Source of the DNA: Candidatus Bathyarchaeota archaeon
Lineage (GTDB): Archaea; Thermoproteota; Bathyarchaeia; Bathyarchaeales; Bathycorpusculaceae
DNA length: 64,000 nucleotides
Direction of reading: 5' to 3'
NCBI GenBank assembly: GCA_963767735.1
Contig: CAVYES010000006.1
Span: 1 to 64,000 of the forward strand
Positions 29,885-40,213 of the stretch are shown piece after piece. Both the position numbers and the translations under genes were made by a program. The notes under the pieces were generated by a model, which was given only the letters and a program-made list of their open reading frames with translations, made no database searches and was not told the DNA's origin. Each line of letters begins with the position of its first letter. Positions within the stretch are counted from its first letter, which is position 1.

Positions 29885-30790
29885 ATGGAGGCAAGGATCT
29901 TGGCTAAAGAGACAGTTCTGATTGTAGGTTTAGGCGAAATCGGACACACCCTTTTTGCGTTGCTAAATGATGAGAAAAAGAGTTTTGATGGTTACGGCTT
30001 GGATTTGGATCAAACAAAAATGCACGAGCTAAGTCAGAGCAGAAAAAATATTCCCGACCGAATAGACACTATGCACATTTGCTTACCGTGCAGTAACCAA
30101 CAAAACTTTGCCGACATAACCGTTGGCTACATCGAAAAGTTTAAGCCAAAACTCACAATCATTGACAGCACCGTTCCTCCGGGGACAACAATGAAGGTAG
30201 CAGAAAAATGCGGGTGCCTCGTCGCCCATTCGCCATCCCGTGGCGTACATAAAAGCTCTGAGCATATGAAGTGGGAAATGAAACGTTGGACCAAGTATGT
30301 TGGCGGCGCAAACGCGCAAGCGGCACAGGCTGCTCGTGCCCACTTTGAGAAACTGGGGCTAAAAGTGAAGGTTCTCAAAAGCTCCAGGGAAACCGAGTTG
30401 GCTAAGCTTTTCGAGACTACTTATCGGGCATGGATGATTGCTTGTTTTCAAGAGATGCATCGCATTTCCAAGGCTTTTGGCGCTGATTTCAATGAAACGG
30501 TTGATTTTCTTGAGGACACTCATCGTTTGAGGTTTGATAGGCCCGTTATGTTTCCAGGAGTGATTGGCGGGCACTGTTTGATACCGAACACTGAATTGCT
30601 GCTGGAGGCTTATGACTCAGAGTTTCTGCGGCTGATTTTGAAGTCGAATGAGAAACGAAAAGAAGAAGTTAAGGACAAAACTGTTAAAGCGGAAGTTCAG
30701 AAAGTTGCAGCAAGAGCTGAAGCTTTAGAGAAAGAACTTATGGAACAAAAGAGCAAAGAAACCTCAAAATCTCAAGAAGAATGCGAATAA
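29885..30790 (+). CDS. Short UDP-glucose/GDP-mannose dehydrogenase family protein
   Basis: GLGEIG, STVPPGTT, ELAKLFET, GVIGGHCL; lacks the usual C-terminal UDP-binding domain. Confidence 0.85.
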   Translation: MEARILAKETVLIVGLGEIGHTLFALLNDEKKSFDGYGLDLDQTKMHELSQSRKNIPDRIDTMHICLPCSNQQNFADITVGYIEKFKPKLTIIDSTVPPGTTMKVAEKCGCLVAHSPSRGVHKSSEHMKWEMKRWTKYVGGANAQAAQAARAHFEKLGLKVKVLKSSRETELAKLFETTYRAWMIACFQEMHRISKAFGADFNETVDFLEDTHRLRFDRPVMFPGVIGGHCLIPNTELLLEAYDSEFLRLILKSNEKRKEEVKDKTVKAEVQKVAARAEALEKELMEQKSKETSKSQEECE

Positions 30791-30916
30791 TCTATTTCAA
30801 TAAAATCTAGAACTGTGTTAAACATTTCTCTAAGCAGCTTGAGTCACCGCTTAATACTATTTTTAGAATTTATTTGTCAAGACTTTTATAATTCATAACT
30901 CATATAACCAAAAGAT

Positions 30917-31981
30917 ATGCTTCCCTCCGACCAAAAAGACTTACCGCTAATAACAGTGGGCGTTGTAGTTTTTAATAGAGAATGGATAATCAAGCGGATG
31001 CTTGATTCGGTGCAAAGCCAAACTTATCCACATGATAGACTCTTCGTACTGGTTGTAGACGGGGAAAGCAAGGATAACACTGTCAAAGTTGCCAAGCAAG
31101 TTTTAGCTGAATCCGATTTTAACGGTTATGAAGTCATCGTTAAAGAATCAAACATTCCTGAAGCTAGAAACATTTGCATTCAAAACATGAGAGGCGATTT
31201 TCTTCTTTTTTGGGATAGCGATGTGATAATGGAATCAACAGCAGTAGCTCGTTCGTTTGAAATTCTCAAAAAAGAAAACGCCGACATGATACAATCATGC
31301 GTTTCCGAAGTAACCGTTAGCTCAGCCGACGAAATAAGCGTAAAATGGCATGAATGGGAAACAAAATATCCTCGACGAGAAGAAACCAGAATCCTTGACT
31401 TAACTGGAACAAGTAATCTTTTAATCTCAAAAAAAGTACTAACGCAACTGGCTTTTGACCCAGACTTAACTTTTTATGAAGATCAAGATTTCACGTCACG
31501 TGCAACCAAGCAGGGCTTCAAAGTATTGGGGACAAAAAGTGTCATTGGTTTCGACGTAAATTCAAATAAATCTTACAGCAGCATCTACACCATTGATATG
31601 CCCCTGAAAGAAGCGTTGCGGGGGATTCGCAAAAAAGGATTAATTCAAGCGCAAAACGTCATAGCTGGTTCCTCCTCAATCAGCAAAGCTGTATTAAAAT
31701 TCTTTTGGACAAACAAACGCTACCTATTTTACGTTGGTTATATTCCAGTCATGGTCTTAACGATTGTTGGTATTTTGGTTCAAAATTTGTGGTTGAGTTT
31801 AATTTTTCCGCTCTACTTTTTGCTTTACTTAGTCGTACAAGTCAAGAAAAGAGGGTTCGCTAAAGGTCTAAACGCAGCGGTAAGAAGCTTTATTGTCGGG
31901 ATTCCTACGACCTATGCTCTACTTTATTACAGCGTCAAATTGAGTATCAAAAGGCCAAAAACGTTTACCAGCAAGCTATAA
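30917..31981 (+). CDS. GT2 glycosyltransferase with C-terminal TM helices
   Basis: VVDGESKDNT, ARN, WDSD, EDQDF; hydrophobic C-terminus. Confidence 0.9.
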   Translation: MLPSDQKDLPLITVGVVVFNREWIIKRMLDSVQSQTYPHDRLFVLVVDGESKDNTVKVAKQVLAESDFNGYEVIVKESNIPEARNICIQNMRGDFLLFWDSDVIMESTAVARSFEILKKENADMIQSCVSEVTVSSADEISVKWHEWETKYPRREETRILDLTGTSNLLISKKVLTQLAFDPDLTFYEDQDFTSRATKQGFKVLGTKSVIGFDVNSNKSYSSIYTIDMPLKEALRGIRKKGLIQAQNVIAGSSSISKAVLKFFWTNKRYLFYVGYIPVMVLTIVGILVQNLWLSLIFPLYFLLYLVVQVKKRGFAKGLNAAVRSFIVGIPTTYALLYYSVKLSIKRPKTFTSKL

Positions 31982-32110
31982 CTGGGAATTAGTCAGGACC
32001 ATCGAACTAGCATGAGCGCTTTACACTATGAGTATTGGAAAGCACTACACGAATTATAATTTTTCAGCGTTGAAAATGTTTTTCTGGCCCCTCTGATTGG
32101 TTTTGCTGTT

Positions 32111-33064
32111 TCAACTTATTGTTGAGTAAATTTTTAGGAGCTTCTGAACGAGTACGGGCGCAGAATGATTGATGTTAACGTAGTTAAGTTGTTCCTCTAC
32201 TCTGTTTTCCTTTTCATTTTGGTTGCTAAGGAGTCTCGAGATTATTTCTGCGGTTGCAACAGGGTTGCTTAGTTCTTCTAAGGGGCATGAAGCAAAGAAC
32301 TTCTTTGGAACGGAGTGCACGACTGGGCGTCCGCATGCCATAGCTTCTATTGCTACGGTATCTAAATGTTCACGTCCAGCGGCGAAACTGCCCAAAACTA
32401 GGTCACTTTCCCAGAACAGTTCATTGATTGAGCCATGGGGAACTTTGCTGATAAAATCGATGTTCAGCTTAAGCTCTTTTGCCAGTTGCTTTGTTTTATC
32501 CAGGTCTTTTCCTGCATTAAAGGTCTTGATCTTTATCTTTTCTGGAACTAGTGATGCTGCCCGAAGCAATTTGTCTGTGCCTTTTATGCTAAAGTCGGGG
32601 GCTGATGCCAGAAAAATGTGGTATTCCGGTCTTTTTTCGGGTAACGGTTTTGGGAAAAAGATTTCGGGGTCAAAAGGTATGGGGAAGTACTCTGCAGTTT
32701 CGTTGTATTCTTTTGCAACGCTTAAAACAGTTGGCTGGGCTACAAGTATCTTATTGCAGCTTTTTAAATTATTTTTTACGATTCTGCCCCATTTTCTACT
32801 TCGCAGTGTTTCGCGCAGGTCACTCCCATGCGCGTGGCCGACGAGAGGTTTCTTGCCCAAGAGTGAGGCAATATAGCAGTCCTGAAGGAGATAATGGACA
32901 TGGTAGAGGTCACCCTTGGTCCGAAGAATTTTGTAGGCTATGCCGAAGGTTTTGCTCCAGAATCCTCTTGTTCTTTTGATGTGCTGCTTTTCGAGGTCTG
33001 TTGGGAAATACTTGAGCAAAGTTTCTCCTACATAGGCACAATCGTTAATCATGACGACTTTCAT
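32111..33064 (-). CDS. GT4 glycosyltransferase
   Basis: HGSDLR, KG.DKL, IEAMACGRPVV. Confidence 0.9.
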   Translation of the reverse strand: MKVVMINDCAYVGETLLKYFPTDLEKQHIKRTRGFWSKTFGIAYKILRTKGDLYHVHYLLQDCYIASLLGKKPLVGHAHGSDLRETLRSRKWGRIVKNNLKSCNKILVAQPTVLSVAKEYNETAEYFPIPFDPEIFFPKPLPEKRPEYHIFLASAPDFSIKGTDKLLRAASLVPEKIKIKTFNAGKDLDKTKQLAKELKLNIDFISKVPHGSINELFWESDLVLGSFAAGREHLDTVAIEAMACGRPVVHSVPKKFFASCPLEELSNPVATAEIISRLLSNQNEKENRVEEQLNYVNINHSAPVLVQKLLKIYSTIS

Positions 33065-33197
33065 CGGCACATCCAAACCATGCTTGATCTCTTTAAGCAC
33101 TTGTTTCTTTTAATGGTAACGATTTTATCTTATAATTATAAATACATTCTGTGCGAAAGCAATATTCATTTTAAGTTCCAAACGTTGAAGGAGTATT

Positions 33198-34144
33198 ATG
33201 AACAAAGCTCGTAGAAGTGTTCTCGTTACCGGCGGAGCAGGTTTCATCGGTTCGCATCTGGTTCCACGACTTCTTGAATTAGGCCACTCAGTGACTGTGT
33301 TGGATAATTTATCCACTGGAAAGTTGGAGAACCTTGACGGAGTACTGAATCATCCTAAGTTTATGTTTCAGCGCGGAGACATACGAGACAAGACCATTCC
33401 AAACGAGGCTTTTGACGGCGTTGACTCTGTTATTCATCTTGCCGCCTTGATAGATATCTCAGCTTCCGTTTCGGATCCAATTCAAAATCACGAAGTTAAC
33501 GTAGATGGAACCTTTAATATGCTTCATGCAGCTGTCAAGCATAATGTAGAGAAGTTTGTTTTTGCTTCTTCGACAGCCGTTTATGGCGACGCGAAAACCC
33601 TGCCACTTCAAGAAAATATTGCTCTCCGCCCGATTTCGCCTTATGCAGCTTCAAAAAAGTTGTAGGCGAGGCATATTGCAGTGCATTTGCAAGTTGCTTT
33701 GGGCTTGAGACAACTGTATTGAGGTTTTTCAACATTTACGGTCCAAGAAGCGAAAACAGCCCATACAGCGGAGTCATCACCAAGTTTCTCCAAAAAATCG
33801 TTAAAGGCGAAGCCTTGACCATCGATGGCGACGGCGAGCAGGCTCGAGACTTCATACATGTAAGCGACGTAGTCAAAGTTGTAGCCTTGGCTTTGGAGCA
33901 GGAGGGATTGAAAGGCGAGATTTTTAATGTTTGCACGGGCGTGCCCACAAGCATTAATCAGCTTGCTTCCACTTTGAAGACGATTACTGGAAAAAAACCA
34001 AACGTTAAGCATGGACCTGCAAGGTTAGGCGACATACGAAGCAACTACGGCGATCCTACTAAGGCTGAACAGGCATTGAGTTTTAGAGCTACTGTCGATT
34101 TAACAAAGGGGTTACAAATATTATTTAAAGAATTTCAAAAATAG
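33198..34144 (+). CDS. NAD-dependent sugar epimerase (GalE/WbpP-like); frameshift in an A-run near 33655
   Basis: TGGAGFIGSH, ASSTAVYG, SPYAASK, RFFNIYGP, GDGEQ.RDF. Confidence 0.88.
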
Positions 34145-34285
34145 CATTCTGTTTTTTCACCGCAACAAATTGCTTAAGTAAAAGGCGACGCTGAATGAAC
34201 TAAGGCTACGGTTTTATTTTTCAAAAGATAACGGATTTGGGCTTGCAGCCATTTTTTTTTAACTAAATTAGCTTAAACTTTCGTT

Positions 34286-35146
34286 TCATTGACTTCTATT
34301 CTGCCAGCTTGCTCCGCGTATATATCCTAAAAGCCAACACAATCTGATAATTGGATAACAAAACATCAGTCTAGGATCACGCATTTTCAAAGACATTTTT
34401 AAACTTGAAAATGGAGATTTCAGAAATTTTAGAAGAAGACTGCTCAAATTTTCTTTTGTATAGATGCTGCGGAATTTTTTAAGACGACTGTAAATCTCTG
34501 GTAAACTTTTTCCATAAAAATAATAATGTTTAAACTCGTTTAAAAGACCGCCATAATGCAAATGTAAACTTTTAACATCGTAATCTACAAGCCATTTGTA
34601 CCCTTTTGACTCAAGCAAATGAGAAACAAATGTGTCGATACCCGCAAAATTAACTTTTGGAAATCCTCCAATAGTCCTTAAAGCCTCTGTACTCCAAATT
34701 GTGTTGTCTAATGTTTTTCCAAAACCACCGTAAAAATCAACATCTTTTCTAGTTGACTGGTATAGTTCGACGCTGAAACAAAAATCGTTTCTGGGCAGAA
34801 ACCGAAGTCCGCAAGCTGCGCCAACACCTTCTTTATTTATGATTAAAGCAGAAACCCTGCGCCACCAATCAGGTGATAAAATGACGTCTTGTTCAAAGCT
34901 GCAAAAATAACTAGTTTGGACATATTTTAGGGCGGTGTTTGCGCCGTCACTTATCCCTTTGCCCTCATTCTTAATAACATTCCACCCATACTTTTTTGCA
35001 ATATCGACGGTGCTGTCTTTACTGCCATCATCAACAATAAACTTTTGATTAACAACCTTTTCTGGGATAACTTTATTGATGCGGCTGAGGACGATCGGCA
35101 GCGTTTTTTCGCCATTTAAAGTCCACATGACCAAATCAACTTTCAA
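34286..35146 (-). CDS. GT2 glycosyltransferase
   Basis: VDDGSKDST, EQD, IGGF. Confidence 0.88.
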   Translation of the reverse strand: MKVDLVMWTLNGEKTLPIVLSRINKVIPEKVVNQKFIVDDGSKDSTVDIAKKYGWNVIKNEGKGISDGANTALKYVQTSYFCSFEQDVILSPDWWRRVSALIINKEGVGAACGLRFLPRNDFCFSVELYQSTRKDVDFYGGFGKTLDNTIWSTEALRTIGGFPKVNFAGIDTFVSHLLESKGYKWLVDYDVKSLHLHYGGLLNEFKHYYFYGKSLPEIYSRLKKFRSIYTKENLSSLLLKFLKSPFSSLKMSLKMRDPRLMFCYPIIRLCWLLGYIRGASWQNRSQ

Positions 35147-35348
35147 TCCTTATCCCTCACAATGTTGTCACAGAAAAATCTGAGATGTGAGTTTATTAAT
35201 CTTCTTCCGACAGCGTCTTTCCTCGTTCTCTCAAATTCGTAAGCTGCTGATTATTTGTAAATGTAAGCTTATAAGTAAAACCTCATTTAGGGTTAGCTAA
35301 AATAACGTCAGCAAATAATCCGATAAATTAAGAGAAAGGCGTAGGAAC

Positions 35349-36482
35349 TTGGCGAAATTCCTTGTAGTTCACCCATACTTAGACGTTTACGGCGGAAGTG
35401 AAAGAGTATGCCACAACGTAATCAAAACCCTAGTTGCACATGGACAAGAAGTAGAATTGTTAACTTTCGATTTTGACGCTGACAGGTATATGGATATAGT
35501 AGGACAAAATCTTCCCAAAGAGGTCACTGTTGATTCGTTAGGAAAAAGAATAGAGGTTGAACCGCCCTTCATCATTTACAAAAGGCATCGTAACTATGTA
35601 AAGTTACTAAAAAAATATAGAGACCGCTTGAAATACGATTACTTGTTTTCCACACAATCCTCCTCCCCGTTCGAACCCGTTTTCTTGAATAAAGCCAAAA
35701 AGAACATTGCTTACGTACACTTCCCAGAAATACACTTCAACTATGACCAATCTCAGCTGAAGAGGAAAGTTTACTTGTGGCTGTTCAAGAAATGGGTTGA
35801 ACAAGGGATAAATAAACTGGATATGGTTTTCTGTAACAGCAACTATACCCGAGAAATGATTGAACGTTACTGGAAACCTTACGGTGTAAAAGATCCAATT
35901 GTTGTTTACCCACCTGTAAACTTGGATAATTTTTGGTGCGATAAGCCACTATCGGAAAGAAGTAAAAGAGTACTCTATGTCGCTCGTTTTATCCCAGTGA
36001 AAAGACATGAAATAATGAAGAAGTTAGCAGCTGATTTGCCATCATACGAGTTTGTAAGCGTTGGCGGATTAATGGACGCAGAAAAAAACTGGTTTAACAA
36101 ATTCTCTGAAAACCTTCCTCAAAATTATACTTTGAAAACCAATTTGCCAGAGGCAGACTTGCTTGAAATTATGCATGATTCAAGGGTTTATGTGCACTTA
36201 ATGGAAGGAGAACACTTCGGGATAGCTCCGGTTGAAGGTTTGGCAAGTGGATGTGTCACTCTGGTTCATAACAGTGGAGGAATGAAAGAGTTTATCCCCG
36301 AAGAATTCAGGTGGGAAAACTATGCTGACTTGAAAGAAAAAATCGTCAAATACATAGAACCTACACAGGAAAGTGCAGATTGGGAGAAGAAGCGCAAAGA
36401 ATTGTGGAGTAAAATTTCAGCATTAAATATCGAAGCGTTTCAAAATGACATTTGGTTTCATGTGCAAACATTAATCAGTTAA
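35349..36482 (+). CDS. GT4 glycosyltransferase (ALG11-like)
   Basis: HPY...GGSERV, CNSNYT, VVYPPV, RF...KRH, EHFGIAPVEGLASG. Confidence 0.9.
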   Translation: MAKFLVVHPYLDVYGGSERVCHNVIKTLVAHGQEVELLTFDFDADRYMDIVGQNLPKEVTVDSLGKRIEVEPPFIIYKRHRNYVKLLKKYRDRLKYDYLFSTQSSSPFEPVFLNKAKKNIAYVHFPEIHFNYDQSQLKRKVYLWLFKKWVEQGINKLDMVFCNSNYTREMIERYWKPYGVKDPIVVYPPVNLDNFWCDKPLSERSKRVLYVARFIPVKRHEIMKKLAADLPSYEFVSVGGLMDAEKNWFNKFSENLPQNYTLKTNLPEADLLEIMHDSRVYVHLMEGEHFGIAPVEGLASGCVTLVHNSGGMKEFIPEEFRWENYADLKEKIVKYIEPTQESADWEKKRKELWSKISALNIEAFQNDIWFHVQTLIS

Positions 36483-36495
36483 AATCATCATGTTG

Positions 36496-37605
36496 TCATG
36501 GTTCTTCGCATGGGTAAGGGATATTTCCTATCGACCAGGGATTAATGGGTTTGTTGTGACTATGAATAAATTGCCGTGCAATTGTTCCCATAGCGTCATA
36601 AAGACGGAAATACAGTTTTATCGGGGCAGTAGGTAGCTTGGCGATTGTATAGGCTAAGGTGGGGGAATAACCCGAATATTTAGTTAAATCTTCTCTCAAA
36701 TTATCAAAAACTTCAGCGTTGTAAACGCCCTCGCTTCGCAGAGCCACCAACGAAAGTGACCGTCTCATATTCATTATGTTAAATTTATTTACAAACACAG
36801 CATTTGCAAGATATGCAATGACCCGCTCCTTATCCGCGGCAAGATAAACATCTGGCAGAGAACGAATAACTTTCTTCAAATCCACCCAAATCTGAAAGCA
36901 CCTTGGTATCCACTTGCTCTTTCCCGAATCGGTTGCACAAGGCTCCGCTAGGAAAAAAACATTCAAATTCTTTTTATTAGCGATATACTCAAGACTCAGA
37001 CCAAGAATCGTCCAATCAGTATTTGCGTATTTTGGCAAAAACTTCGATTTCCATGCTTCTGCTGGAAGAATTTCAAATCCCAATCCCGACAAGTTGCGAC
37101 TTAGTTCCAAGAATACCCTTCGGGCGGAAGTGTAAATTTGGGTCTTAGGAACCTTGAAAACCGGATTTAAATCGTTTAGAACTACCATGTCCCAGTTAGC
37201 TTCTTCAAGAATCTTGTAGATCTTGTCCAGCATCCCGGGTAGGAGAATGCGTCTGGCACCGATTACCCAAACGAATTTTGAAGAAGCCATACGTGCGGCA
37301 TTGATCATATTTTGGTCGATGCCCAAATTCTCCTTGTTTGACTTAAAGAACAAAAGAGGATAATTTTTTTGGAAGGATTCCAAAACCTCTATTGTATGAT
37401 CAGTTGATGCATTGTCGGAAACGTAAATCGGAATGCTGTATTGTCGAGCTTGAGGAATCATGGCTTCCAAGCTTTTTCTTAATGGTTCCGCATGATTGTA
37501 TGTTGGTGTGCACACAGAAAGTAAATCGTTTTTTTGAGGCGTCACTATTTTGCTTCTGTTAAATTGACTATCAACTGTAGCGTAAGTTTTTCCTTTAGTT
37601 TCCAT
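36496..37605 (-). CDS. GT2 glycosyltransferase (atypical, DxD position reads GARR)
   Basis: SVCTPTYN, SDNASTDHT, NLGIDQN. Confidence 0.82.
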   Translation of the reverse strand: METKGKTYATVDSQFNRSKIVTPQKNDLLSVCTPTYNHAEPLRKSLEAMIPQARQYSIPIYVSDNASTDHTIEVLESFQKNYPLLFFKSNKENLGIDQNMINAARMASSKFVWVIGARRILLPGMLDKIYKILEEANWDMVVLNDLNPVFKVPKTQIYTSARRVFLELSRNLSGLGFEILPAEAWKSKFLPKYANTDWTILGLSLEYIANKKNLNVFFLAEPCATDSGKSKWIPRCFQIWVDLKKVIRSLPDVYLAADKERVIAYLANAVFVNKFNIMNMRRSLSLVALRSEGVYNAEVFDNLREDLTKYSGYSPTLAYTIAKLPTAPIKLYFRLYDAMGTIARQFIHSHNKPINPWSIGNIPYPCEEP

Positions 37606-37659
37606 ATGGCACTTTTAAGAGTTTAGTTTTCGCTAATATAAGGTTTTACTCAGAATCCT

Positions 37660-38634
37660 CTATAGACGTACGAGCTCCTTATTTTTTGAATATGCGATTG
37701 TTTTGTCTAATCCTTCGCTTAGATTGTACTTTGGCGACCAATTGAGTTCTTTCTTAATTTTAGCGGCGTCAAGTACAAGGTACGGTTGGTCAGACGATAA
37801 GGGTCTTAGCGGATAGCCTGGAGGATAAGAACCGAACTTTACCTTCTTAATGTCGTATCCTACCTTCTTAGCTATCAGTTCAGCCAATTGCCTATTTGTA
37901 ACGCCCTTTCCAGTGCCCGCATTGTAAACCTGTCCGTCTGCCTTTGGGTTCTTGGCGACAAGCACATAAGCATTCACGTGGTCGTCCACATACATATAAT
38001 CCCTCACCGAGTCAGGAGCGCCAATATACAGGCTCTCACCCTTCAGCATTTGAGTAATGAGGTATTCAACCATGAAATTCTTCTCAAATTTCCTGCCATA
38101 CGAGTTAGTTGGCCTCAACACGGTGCCGTGCAGATTGAATGAGTTGAACATCATCTGTACGTACAAGTCGCCTGCAGCCTTGGTTACAGCGTATGGGCTC
38201 GACGGCTTCAGAGAAAGCGTCTCTTTTAACGGTTCATTACCCTGAATACCATACACCTCGGCGGTCGAGGCCGCAATCAACTTCCGTTTTTGCGCATCAG
38301 GCAGTTCTAATAGCGCGTGAGCTACGTTCATTGTGCCCGTGAAATTCGCCTGTTGATATTCAAATGGGCGCTCAAAAGAATCGCGAACTGGACTTAGGGC
38401 AGCTAAGTGAAAAACAACGTCTGGGTTAGCAATTTTTAGGGCGTTACGGGTGGAAGCATAGTCTGTAATGTCTCCCGACACTAATGTTACGTCCTTGACT
38501 GTTTCGCCGAGAACATCAAAATTTCTGCTTGCTACGCGGCGGACAAGACCGTAAACCTCGTTTCCGTTGCTTACAAGTTTCTCTGCCAGATTGCTTCCTA
38601 TAAAACCCAGAATTCCTGTGATGAGAGCTTTCAT
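37660..38634 (-). CDS. NDP-sugar 4,6-dehydratase/epimerase (GDP-mannose/dTDP-glucose dehydratase-like)
   Basis: ITGILGFIG, HLAA, STAEVYG, SPYAVTK, RDYMYV. Confidence 0.9.
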   Translation of the reverse strand: MKALITGILGFIGSNLAEKLVSNGNEVYGLVRRVASRNFDVLGETVKDVTLVSGDITDYASTRNALKIANPDVVFHLAALSPVRDSFERPFEYQQANFTGTMNVAHALLELPDAQKRKLIAASTAEVYGIQGNEPLKETLSLKPSSPYAVTKAAGDLYVQMMFNSFNLHGTVLRPTNSYGRKFEKNFMVEYLITQMLKGESLYIGAPDSVRDYMYVDDHVNAYVLVAKNPKADGQVYNAGTGKGVTNRQLAELIAKKVGYDIKKVKFGSYPPGYPLRPLSSDQPYLVLDAAKIKKELNWSPKYNLSEGLDKTIAYSKNKELVRL

Positions 38635-39347
38635 TTTTTACATCCTCGTATTGATTCAAACTCTTTTTCCGCGATAGATAAGTCTTTAACGCTATTAATG
38701 GTTAGCCATCTTTCACCTTTGCCAAGTCGGTATGCTTTAAGAAGTCGTTTTTCTGCGAGCGCGGGAAACGCAGTTTTCTCGATGGAGCCTATCGTGGGCA
38801 GGTAGTCGCATATGGCGTGATTGAAAACGTAGATACCTGTGTTTATGAGTTTGTCTTCAAGTAAGGGTTTTTCTTTGAATTCTACGATGTCGTTCCCGTT
38901 GAGCTCAAGCACAGCGAAGGGTGACCGCATGGGCGAGACGGCTATTGTTGCTATGCCTTTTTGTGCGAAGTGGAAATCGACGAATTTTTCGAGATTCATG
39001 TTTGTCAGTTCGTCGCCGTTCATCGCGAGGAAGTTCTCGTCATTTACATGTCTTTTAATGGCAAGTCGAAAGCCTTCTCCTGTCTCACCTTCCTGTGTAT
39101 GCTCGCTGAAATCCACTTTGATTCCCAGATGGTTTTCTTTAACGTAGTTGATTACTGCTTCTTTTCGGTGAGATACGCCAAGAACCACGTGGTCAAAGCC
39201 TTGGTCTCGAAGCCAAGTAAGCGTCCAATACAGGAGAGGTTTTCCCCGCAAGGGTATCATGCATTTGGGCAGGTCTTCCGTAAGAGGGCGCATGCGCAAC
39301 CCCGACCCACCGACAAGCACTACTGAGGTTCGAATTTTCAGCGCCAT
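38631..39347 (-). CDS. Sugar-phosphate nucleotidyltransferase
   Basis: GGSGLRMRPLT..PK, NGD, F.EKP, INTGIY. Confidence 0.9.
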   Translation of the reverse strand: MALKIRTSVVLVGGSGLRMRPLTEDLPKCMIPLRGKPLLYWTLTWLRDQGFDHVVLGVSHRKEAVINYVKENHLGIKVDFSEHTQEGETGEGFRLAIKRHVNDENFLAMNGDELTNMNLEKFVDFHFAQKGIATIAVSPMRSPFAVLELNGNDIVEFKEKPLLEDKLINTGIYVFNHAICDYLPTIGSIEKTAFPALAEKRLLKAYRLGKGERWLTINSVKDLSIAEKEFESIRGCKK

Positions 39348-39559
39348 TTTAGGTCACTTTTATAGAGTTTACTGATTATTGGAGCCTGCATATATAACGC
39401 TTTAAGTCTTAAAGTCTCCTGCCATCGAATCGCTCCAGTTCTCAACAATCTCGTCTCCGTTTTTGCTCAGATACCCAAAATGAATAACGTGATAGGTGCT
39501 AGATGCTTTCTGCTTCTTAATGGCAGAGGGTTTATAACTAAAATAGCATTTTCCCTTAG

Positions 39560-40213
39560 TTGGCAAATGAAGAAGCAATGATAAAGCTAAGAATCGACGT
39601 AGATTACCCTTACCCGTCTAGGAATAAAAGTTATTTATACATAGCCTTGGGAATCAAAAAAAGAAAAAGCAAAGATTATCTGAAAAACGCTCAAATCATC
39701 GCTAAAATGATTAATGAATCGCCAAAAGAAGTTATGGCTTACTGGTTCTTTACACCCTGCACAATACCTGATAAAAAACTGCTCGACTTATTAAACCCCG
39801 ACAAACATGAGGTAGCTCTGCACATTGCAACAAACCCTTACCAAGAATGGAAAATCTTAGAAAATGAAACCAACCGGACTGTAAAGTACTATACCATTCA
39901 TGGAACTCAGCGGTTAATTGCCCAGTTGTTGTGGGGACGAAAAATTGGACAAAAAGAAGCTAATGTTCCTAGCGATTTCCCGTTAAAACCCTTCGATGAT
40001 CTCAAGGTTTTTCCTACCATTAGTTTAGATCGTGTACGTTATTCTCATAGTTTAAATGAAACTGTAAAAGAAGCTGAAGAAGCGATTAATCAAAATCGTG
40101 TGTTAGCTGTTCATCCTGACTGGCTCTTTAGAAAAAAAGGTCGAGGAAAAAACCATAGGGCAGCATTTTATGATGTCTTAAAAATTATTTTGGATGTCGA
40201 TAAGGATGCTTGA
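39560..40213 (+). CDS. Polysaccharide deacetylase-like (CE4/NodB fold) protein
   Basis: RIDVD, HEVALH, IHG, VHP metal-ligand motifs. Confidence 0.65.
   Translation: MANEEAMIKLRIDVDYPYPSRNKSYLYIALGIKKRKSKDYLKNAQIIAKMINESPKEVMAYWFFTPCTIPDKKLLDLLNPDKHEVALHIATNPYQEWKILENETNRTVKYYTIHGTQRLIAQLLWGRKIGQKEANVPSDFPLKPFDDLKVFPTISLDRVRYSHSLNETVKEAEEAINQNRVLAVHPDWLFRKKGRGKNHRAAFYDVLKIILDVDKDA

Noticed and set aside
32223-32876. Long antisense ORFs (217 aa here; also 50992-51594, 41251-41760, 16812-17279)
   Set aside because: They lie opposite well-supported genes and have no motifs.
39403-39505. Short minus-strand coding-like stretch (STYHVIHFGYLSKNGDEIVENW...)
   Set aside because: No start codon and too short; at most a gene remnant.
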